The position numbers and the translations under genes were made by a program. This document shows, one piece after another, positions 10,629 to 17,533 of a stretch of DNA of 64,000 bases. Below the pieces are notes generated by a model. It did no database searches. It saw nothing but the letters and a program-made list of their open reading frames with translations, and had not been told where the DNA came from. The stretch spans positions 4,317-68,316 of the forward strand of contig DATGXS010000046.1 in assembly GCA_035298745.1 (NCBI GenBank), written 5' to 3'. The stretch's first letter is position 1, and each line of letters starts with the position of its first letter. This DNA comes from Lentimicrobium sp. GTDB taxonomy: Bacteria > Bacteroidota > Bacteroidia > Bacteroidales > Lentimicrobiaceae.

Positions 10629-10677
10629 TATCACTTAAAATTTAAAATTCCAGGATTATTTATCGCCGGCTTCAATA

Positions 10678-12759
10678 TTACATACCGAAATTATATCCTA
10701 ATTTTAAAAATATCAATCTACCTGGTGCTATTGTATTTCTGCTATCAATGTAATGATTGTCAAGAAGGTTCTGTACCATTAATGATGCATACATCCCATA
10801 ATAAACAGGACGCCATAACTGGAGATCTATCATGTAATAGCTTTCAAGTTCCTCGGTATTAATATCATTCATCCACTGTGCGCCTTTGTAACTGAATACA
10901 GTTGTTACGTTTACAACCTTATTTTTCCAGGTTGCGGTAAGATTGAGAAGATCTTTCGGTTGATATACCAATTCTTTTCCTGATAGATCTTCTGCATCGG
11001 TTGCTGATTTATAATCAATAATATCTGTAAAGGTATAACTGTATGAAAAAAGGCACTCCAGATTTTTTACCGCTTTGAGTTTAAAGGACAATTCAGCTCC
11101 ATAAAGTCCGACTTTCCCAATGTTGCTTTTTATTATAATCGGCCTTAGCTTTTTATTCAGTACAATGGAATCACCGGTTGATATATATGCGTGGTAATCA
11201 GTCCCAACTGAATAAAAGACAGAAGCGCTGAATTCCATTTTTTTTGTTAAAAACAAATCAGTTCCCAACTCAAGGTTATCAAGATATTCTGGTTTAAGAT
11301 TTGGATTTGCTATCTTCATTCCACCTGAAATTCTTCCTGTTCTGCACATATCATCGAGTAACGGTGGCCTGTATCCTTTGCTATAGCCAATGTATACCCT
11401 GAATTTTTCAGGTCTGTAATACTGAACCGAAAGACGAGGACTGATTGCAGAGAAAACAGTATTATCAAGGTTGCTGCTAAAGTCGCTGAGGAAAGCAGTT
11501 TCCCTGGTGGGATTTTCGACCTTAAATACACCGTCATTAAAAATAGCATAGTCAAACCTGATTCCTCCCAGAAGACTGAATGGTGTTTCCCGGAATTTAA
11601 GTTCATCTTGTAAATAAATTCCATAAAGGCCCATTTTCCCTTTATTAATAACTTTATCGCTGGAAGTTACATACTTATCGGCAGCATCAACAGCATTATA
11701 ACGTAAGTCGATTCCCAGACTCAATGTATTTCCTTTAAACGGCGAAATTGTATAGTTAGATAAAAAGCCATAATCATCACGTATTGATAAAACATCATAC
11801 CTGGTAATTATCGTGTCTTTCAGACTCTCTTTAATGTTAATGTAATTTTCACGCTGGGTGTAAAAGTTTAGCTTAAGACTGCTATTGTTTTTAAATGTAT
11901 TAGCATAGCTTAAATGGGCATTGATTACTTCAAAAAGATTATAAGCTCCATTATTAGCTGCCAATTCATCATTTTTGAAATTGAAACCCGTAAAATCGGT
12001 GCCTGTTCCACGTTTTCCTGAATAGTAATTTCCTGCGATTTCTAATTTACTCATGTTATTGATGAGATAACCCGCCCTGGCACCTGCATTATATTCATAA
12101 AGAAAAGCGGGAATTGTATATTCATTCTGTTCATCAACTGGTGTTGTAACATAACCATCACTGGTACGGAAACCACCATTAACCGCCCAATAAAGTTTCT
12201 TATTTAAACCTTGAAGCCCCACAGTAGTCTGGAGCGTCGAAAAAGTTCCAATACTCTGCGAAACATTACCCTGTAATGGCTTTGTTGGCAGCGGTGAGAT
12301 GAGGTTAATTACGCCCCCCATTGCATTTCCGCCATGAACTGTGGAGCCGGGGCCTTTCAATACTTCAATCTTACTAATGTCAGACACGTTAACAGCATTC
12401 CAGTTGACGGTTCCACCATCGCCTTTATTAATTGGTATGCCATCTACCATTACTAAAACACGCCCGGCTTCATTACCCATTCCACGCATTGATATGTTTG
12501 CTGAACCAAAGATTGATGCCCCTCTGCTTATATTTAATCCCGGAACCATTAAAAGTAGATTGTCAGCTGCCAAAGAAGGCATGTTTTCAATTGAATTGCA
12601 ACTAATTACATCAACCCGTTGTGGAACTTCAAAAAGATTGCGCTCGTTGCGAGTTGCTGTAATTATAACTGTACTCAGATTTACAGTATCAATTTCCTGT
12701 GAAAAAACGATTTGACAGGTCATCATGATGAGGACTAGAATTCCATAAAATTTCTTCAT
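10678..12759 (-). CDS. TonB-dependent outer-membrane receptor (BtuB/CirA-like size), substrate unknown
   Basis: Signal peptide, TonB box TVIITATR, plug motif IEVLKGPGSTVHGGNAMGGVINLI, C-terminal PGRLIFLKLGYNF. Confidence 0.9.
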   Translation of the reverse strand: MKKFYGILVLIMMTCQIVFSQEIDTVNLSTVIITATRNERNLFEVPQRVDVISCNSIENMPSLAADNLLLMVPGLNISRGASIFGSANISMRGMGNEAGRVLVMVDGIPINKGDGGTVNWNAVNVSDISKIEVLKGPGSTVHGGNAMGGVINLISPLPTKPLQGNVSQSIGTFSTLQTTVGLQGLNKKLYWAVNGGFRTSDGYVTTPVDEQNEYTIPAFLYEYNAGARAGYLINNMSKLEIAGNYYSGKRGTGTDFTGFNFKNDELAANNGAYNLFEVINAHLSYANTFKNNSSLKLNFYTQRENYINIKESLKDTIITRYDVLSIRDDYGFLSNYTISPFKGNTLSLGIDLRYNAVDAADKYVTSSDKVINKGKMGLYGIYLQDELKFRETPFSLLGGIRFDYAIFNDGVFKVENPTRETAFLSDFSSNLDNTVFSAISPRLSVQYYRPEKFRVYIGYSKGYRPPLLDDMCRTGRISGGMKIANPNLKPEYLDNLELGTDLFLTKKMEFSASVFYSVGTDYHAYISTGDSIVLNKKLRPIIIKSNIGKVGLYGAELSFKLKAVKNLECLFSYSYTFTDIIDYKSATDAEDLSGKELVYQPKDLLNLTATWKNKVVNVTTVFSYKGAQWMNDINTEELESYYMIDLQLWRPVYYGMYASLMVQNLLDNHYIDSRNTIAPGRLIFLKLGYNFGM

Positions 12760-12813
12760 TAATAAGTGTTGATTTGTTGATTGGATGATTGATTAATTTA
12801 TTAAAATGACCAT

Positions 12814-12836
12814 CGACTTGCAGTTTTTGCATATCG
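12814..12836 (-). promoter_or_regulatory. Candidate ModE-family operator, copy B
   Basis: Minus strand reads CGATATGCA-aaaac-TGCAAGTCG (7/9 palindromic), 55 bp upstream of the TonB receptor start. First half-site is identical to copy A. Confidence 0.65.
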
Positions 12837-12850
12837 AAGATTAAAAAAAA

Positions 12851-13225
12851 TTACTCTATTATTTTATTCAGATCGTCGAGCATCTGGTCAAACTTTTTTC
12901 TGATGCCTCCATCCATTTCATTATATAATTTGTCGAAAAAGTCAACCAACATTTCACCTTTCTTAGTTAAATTAGTTTCACCTCCCTTTGAACCTCCACG
13001 GGATTTTTCAATCAGGTTGAAACCAAGTTTTGTTTCAATCTTTTTAAGATTCTCCCATGTTTGCCTGTATGCGAAACCCATTTGTTCACAAGCTGCTTTA
13101 AGTGAGCCAGTTTCCCTGATGGCCTTTAAGAGTTTCCACTTTCCTTCGCCAAGTAGATTTATTTTGTTATCGGTTTCAATCCAAAACTTATAATTGAGCT
13201 GCAGATGAATTTTATGATTTTTCAT
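12851..13225 (-). CDS. modE: ModE-family winged-HTH regulator, N-terminal domain only (no molybdate-binding TOBE domains)
   Basis: KWKLLKAIRETGSLKAACEQMGFAYRQTW...LIEKSRGGSKGGETNLT matches the ModE_N signature. About 124 aa. Start set at MKNHK; the track ORF starts at 13276. Confidence 0.8.
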   Translation of the reverse strand: MKNHKIHLQLNYKFWIETDNKINLLGEGKWKLLKAIRETGSLKAACEQMGFAYRQTWENLKKIETKLGFNLIEKSRGGSKGGETNLTKKGEMLVDFFDKLYNEMDGGIRKKFDQMLDDLNKIIE

Positions 13226-13248
13226 TTTAGAATCAGTTTTCAATTTAA

Positions 13249-13256
13249 TACCTTTG
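13249..13256 (+). promoter_or_regulatory. -7 element (TACCTTTG) for the lipoprotein gene
   Basis: TAnnTTTG match immediately 5' of the palindrome. Confidence 0.6.
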
Positions 13257-13257
13257 C

Positions 13258-13280
13258 CGATATGCATGATTTGCATAACG
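13258..13280. promoter_or_regulatory. Candidate ModE-family operator, copy A
   Basis: CGATATGCA-tgatt-TGCATAACG (8/9 palindromic) between the divergent modE-like and lipoprotein genes. Resembles E. coli ModE boxes (CGTTATAT...TACATAACG). Confidence 0.7.
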
Positions 13281-13288
13281 CAAATTTA
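13281..13288 (-). promoter_or_regulatory. -7 element (TAAATTTG) for the modE-like gene
   Basis: TAnnTTTG match on the minus strand, abutting the other side of the palindrome. Confidence 0.6.
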
Positions 13289-13303
13289 TAACATTTTGAA
13301 AAT

Positions 13304-14401
13304 ATGCGAAAATTGTTAATTTACCTGGGTTTGATTCTGATTATCAATTTTTTAACAGGATGCTATCCTGTAAAAACAAGTTCCACTGATGCGTTATCTG
13401 GAGCAACAACTTCTAAATTGAGCAGCAGAAACAGCCTTTTCCATAATACCCCGGGTATTCAATTAGAAACCGGAGAATTGAAAATTGAAGGAGAAATACA
13501 GCATCCTGGAAAGATAGATTTTAATAAGTTTTATCATCGGGAAGTTTTCGTCAAGGAGACAATGATTAATAATAAAAATGAGCCTGAGTTTATAGGCGCA
13601 TATAGATATTCGGGGTATTCACTTTTTGATTTACTCAATGAGTATGTGCCTGCAAAGAAGAATGCAGCAATTTTTCGTCCCGAAATTGATCTGTACATAA
13701 AAGTGGAAAACGATCATGGTGACTATGTTGTTTTCAGTTGGTCAGAAATCTTTCACACAATAAATCCGCATCAAATCATTATTGCTACAGAGGTTGCACA
13801 GATTAAACCACACAAAAAAGAAATTAACTATCCGGTTGGCAAAACATGGAAAATAGTCGCTGCTAATGATTTATATGCTTTCAGGAATTTGGAAAATCCG
13901 GTCAAAATAACTGTATGCTCTTTTGATAAGAAAGTTTATACCATTAACAGGGACTTGCATACACTATATTCGCCTGAGCTTAAAGTTATTAAGGAAAGTA
14001 ATAGTCATGCGAATCCTGTCATAGAGTTTACAATACATCAACCTTTAAGTAGTGAAAGAATTGCAAACTATTCGTCAACCTTTTATGGTATGGGAATGGG
14101 ATATCATCCTGTTCCTGGTTTTAGCGGTTTTTTATTACAGGATATTTTAAAAGATTCGTTAAATCTTGTAACCGGTGCTTCAATTTCAAAAGGCCTGGCA
14201 TGTTTTGTTTCGATTGATGGTTACAGGGCAATATTCAGCAATAGTGAGCTCTTTAACCGAGTTGATCAATGCCAGCCAATGCTTTCAATAGTTGAAAACC
14301 CAAACGATGGGGGATATTTTCGCATCTTCCTCCCTACAGACTTTTATGCTGACCGGTCGGTGAAGGGATTGAGTGAGATTTATTTTTTTGAGGTCAAATA
14401 A
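13304..14401 (+). CDS. Lipoprotein with two tandem sulfite-oxidase/MsrP-like (Oxidored_molyb-type) domains
   Basis: Lipobox LTG-C20. Duplicated motifs YSGYSLFDLL/FSGFLLQDIL, GDYVVFSWSEIF/DGYRAIFSNSELF and ANDLYAFRNL/PTDFYADRSVK. DALSGAT motif near the N-terminus. Confidence 0.6.
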   Translation: MRKLLIYLGLILIINFLTGCYPVKTSSTDALSGATTSKLSSRNSLFHNTPGIQLETGELKIEGEIQHPGKIDFNKFYHREVFVKETMINNKNEPEFIGAYRYSGYSLFDLLNEYVPAKKNAAIFRPEIDLYIKVENDHGDYVVFSWSEIFHTINPHQIIIATEVAQIKPHKKEINYPVGKTWKIVAANDLYAFRNLENPVKITVCSFDKKVYTINRDLHTLYSPELKVIKESNSHANPVIEFTIHQPLSSERIANYSSTFYGMGMGYHPVPGFSGFLLQDILKDSLNLVTGASISKGLACFVSIDGYRAIFSNSELFNRVDQCQPMLSIVENPNDGGYFRIFLPTDFYADRSVKGLSEIYFFEVK

Positions 14402-14496
14402 TGAAATAAAGGCATTCTGAACTGAGGTGTATGAATTTTCAGTGCCTTCAGCCAGGTATTTTGCATGTGGAAAGATGTTTCTCCACTATATTGTCT

Positions 14497-17466
14497 TTAT
14501 TTGTATATAACCCCAACATTCTTTTTACCGTCAATCTCTATTCTGATTGGTTTTGTAAAACGAACATGGCGTATAAATTCATCTTCATACACAGCATCCT
14601 GTGACCTGAGGTATTCAAGGTCATAATACCCTTGCTTGATATGTGGGTTCAATGTAAAATAGCCTACATGAAATGAGGTCAGGTTTTGAAAGAAATGTGT
14701 TCCCTGGCTTGGATCGATACGGTAATTTTCGAGTCCTGATTCAATGATTACTCTTGCAGCTGAAATTTGTGGCCACCTTACAGGTATTCCAAGCCAGGGA
14801 TCAGAAGAACCCCACCGACCCGGGCCCACAAGTATGTAATTACATTTTGAAGCAAGAAAACGATCATTCAAAATTTCAAGTGAATCAGCAATCTCCAGGC
14901 TCTTTGCGGCCTTCCATGATTCAGGTTTTATGTACACAAAATCACAAACATTGTTGATGATTCCATTGCCGAGTGCCATATCAGATATGATGATGGTATC
15001 TTCTTTAGCAATTTCTTCGATCTTTATATTAACAGTCTCATTTTTCCCAACGATAGGCCTGATTTGCAGTAGAGAGAATAATTTCTGATGACCTTTAGGG
15101 ACGTCCAAATCAACAGCAAATTCTATTTCAACAGGCTTACCCATCTCCCTTTGGCCAATCTCAAGCACAGTACTTAAAATTTCAGCTAAGGGAAAAGAAT
15201 TATGGTTCAGCACCTGTGAAAAAGTTAATACTCTTCGTCCTGGATAAAGAGTTCCATCAATCAGTGTGCTACTATTCAGATCAAAAGTTGAGGCAACCAG
15301 TTTAAGCGTTCCATCGTTTTCGGCACTGGCTACATTATTGCGAAGCAGATTAACAGTGTCATCAATATCAGGATGGAAATGATCGGGATTGAGGTCGAGT
15401 GAGTAGAAATTCTTTTGTGTCTCTGCCATAGCCAATTCAGGGTTGGAGAGTTGCAGGACTTTCTTAGGATATTTAGGAGAAAATCTTAAACCATTACCAC
15501 CATCAACAATATATTTGCCAAGCCCAAATGCAATATTTGCTATGCCATCCTCCGGCTTTTCAGGTGCAATCGGATAGAAATTAATTGACCTTGCGACACC
15601 TGAGATACAGGGATAAAACCTGTTACCATATTGCCGGCCCGTTATCTCCTGAAGTACCACTCCCATCTTTTCTTCATCAATCACATTCAGGGTTGCTGAC
15701 ATGTATGATTTGCTGTCCTTAAAAAATACAGATGCATAAACACTCTTTATAGCCTCTGAAAGTTTCTCCATCATGAGCCTTTCGTTCGCTTTAATATTTG
15801 GTATCATGTAAGTGGAATAGATACCTGCAAAGGGCTGATAGTGTGAATCTTCAAGTAAGCTGGATGACCTGATTGCTATTGGGTTATTAACGCAAGTGAT
15901 AAAAGTGTATAAATCTTCATGAATTCTGAAAGGAAGCCTTGCATGAATAAAATGAGCCAGTATATCTTTGTCAGTCCGGTCAGAAAGCGCAATCTGATGA
16001 AGATTGTTGGTTTCCATAAACTCATCGAACACATCGGTACCAAGAACTACCGTCCGTGGTATGGAAATAGCAACATCTTCAAACCTTTCATATAACCGGT
16101 TTCGCTTTATCAGTGAATCAAGAAATGACAATCCACGTGCTTTCCCTCCGATAGAGCCCTGGCCGATACGTGCAAAAGATAAGTATTCATCATACCTTTC
16201 ACGGTCAAATTCAGCGATTACTCCCTTAGCCTTATTGATTCTGAATGCCGTAATTGAGTCAAATATATACCGTTTAGCTTCATCCATATCCTGGAATTCA
16301 GTTACCGATACTTCCCTGAACATCTCTGCAATAGGAAATAATGCACGGGCATTCAACCATTTTGAGAAATGATTGCGCTGCATGTGGTACATCATTGAAT
16401 CATCAGGCACTTCAAATATCTTTTCCTGAAGCGACTTAAGATCGGTTGCCCTGGTAATTTCACGCCCGGTCCTTGGATTAACAAATACAAAATCTCCAAA
16501 AGAGAAATATTCATTAATAAAGTTGCGAAGCTCAATTGAAAGTGTTTTTGACAATTTATTAAGAAAACCAACATTAAGCTCTTCAGCTAATACCTGGTTT
16601 GATGAGTCAGACGACTGCAACAGTATTGGCATAAATTCGTCTTTTGCCCTTACCATCTTAACAAATTCAATTCCTGCGGCTTTATCAGTTACACCATTGC
16701 GTTTGTAGCTCACATCAGATATTATGCCCAGCAGGTTATGCCTGTATTTTTCAAAATAACGTTCTGCTTCCTCGTAATTTGTAGCAAGAACAATCTTAGG
16801 CCTACCCCTCATCCTGATCATCTTCTGATGTTCATTCAGTCCCTCAGCAATAAAGCTTTTTGATTGCCTATAGATAATTTTATAAATATTTGGGAGGTAG
16901 CTGGAGTAAAACCTTACACTATCTTCTATTAGCATTATAGCCTGAACACCCTGCCGTATGTCAGATTCAATGTTCATTTTATCCTCAATAAGTTTGATGA
17001 TGGCTAATAGAATATCTGCATTGCCTAACCAACTAAAGACATAGTCAATTGCAGCAAGGTTTTTTTCTTTCAGTCTCATACTAACTTCACGAGAAAAAGG
17101 AGTCAGAACCACAAATGGTATTTTTGGATACCTCGCTTTAACGCGTGCAGCAAGCTCAAAACTATCGGAACTCTCTATATTAAGCATTGAAATAACCAGC
17201 TCAATATTCTTGTCATTAAGCACCTCATATGCTTCTTCCTCTGATGTAACTTTTATAAACTGAGGAGGATAACGCAAACTGAGAGAAACATACTCCATGA
17301 AGATAGTCTCATCTATCCTTCCGTCTTCTTCAAGCATAAATGCATCATAGGTACTGGAAATAAGCAGTACCTGATAGATCCTTCGCTTCATTAAAAGATT
17401 GAATGAAGTGTCAATAAAGTAGTACTTTTTGGGGTCTAGCGCATTTTGCTTTTGCATAAAATTCAT
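14497..17466 (-). CDS. PEP-synthase-like ATP-grasp protein with N-terminal pseudo-receiver, receiver and DUF5752-like domains
   Basis: GGKARG, AIRSSSLLED, FAG, VVLQE, FGLG, VEIEFA and LQIRP are PPDK_N/PpsA motifs. Receiver motifs LIED, ISD251, QSS, LNK. No pyruvate-binding barrel. Confidence 0.85.
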   Translation of the reverse strand: MNFMQKQNALDPKKYYFIDTSFNLLMKRRIYQVLLISSTYDAFMLEEDGRIDETIFMEYVSLSLRYPPQFIKVTSEEEAYEVLNDKNIELVISMLNIESSDSFELAARVKARYPKIPFVVLTPFSREVSMRLKEKNLAAIDYVFSWLGNADILLAIIKLIEDKMNIESDIRQGVQAIMLIEDSVRFYSSYLPNIYKIIYRQSKSFIAEGLNEHQKMIRMRGRPKIVLATNYEEAERYFEKYRHNLLGIISDVSYKRNGVTDKAAGIEFVKMVRAKDEFMPILLQSSDSSNQVLAEELNVGFLNKLSKTLSIELRNFINEYFSFGDFVFVNPRTGREITRATDLKSLQEKIFEVPDDSMMYHMQRNHFSKWLNARALFPIAEMFREVSVTEFQDMDEAKRYIFDSITAFRINKAKGVIAEFDRERYDEYLSFARIGQGSIGGKARGLSFLDSLIKRNRLYERFEDVAISIPRTVVLGTDVFDEFMETNNLHQIALSDRTDKDILAHFIHARLPFRIHEDLYTFITCVNNPIAIRSSSLLEDSHYQPFAGIYSTYMIPNIKANERLMMEKLSEAIKSVYASVFFKDSKSYMSATLNVIDEEKMGVVLQEITGRQYGNRFYPCISGVARSINFYPIAPEKPEDGIANIAFGLGKYIVDGGNGLRFSPKYPKKVLQLSNPELAMAETQKNFYSLDLNPDHFHPDIDDTVNLLRNNVASAENDGTLKLVASTFDLNSSTLIDGTLYPGRRVLTFSQVLNHNSFPLAEILSTVLEIGQREMGKPVEIEFAVDLDVPKGHQKLFSLLQIRPIVGKNETVNIKIEEIAKEDTIIISDMALGNGIINNVCDFVYIKPESWKAAKSLEIADSLEILNDRFLASKCNYILVGPGRWGSSDPWLGIPVRWPQISAARVIIESGLENYRIDPSQGTHFFQNLTSFHVGYFTLNPHIKQGYYDLEYLRSQDAVYEDEFIRHVRFTKPIRIEIDGKKNVGVIYK

Positions 17467-17468
17467 AG

Positions 17469-17489
17469 TTCAAAATTCAGAATTTCAAT
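17469..17489. repeat. Short 7-bp tandem repeat in the spacer between the paralogues
   Basis: TTCAAAA TTCAGAA TTTCAAT. On the minus strand the period continues into CTATGAA, which contains the start codon. Confidence 0.45.
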
Positions 17490-17533
17490 ATTTCTCTTGT
17501 TTTATTTTAACTGTTCAGTCAACGCCTGATCAA

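Noticed and set aside
12760-12850. Possible cobalamin or other riboswitch upstream of the BtuB-sized receptor
   Set aside because: The spacer is only about 90 bp, AT-rich, and has no B12-box or other aptamer core. The palindrome explains the region better.
14409-14448. Imperfect hairpin AAGGCA..CTGAA / TTCAG.TGCCTT between convergent genes
   Set aside because: Large loop and no U-tract; too weak to call a terminator.
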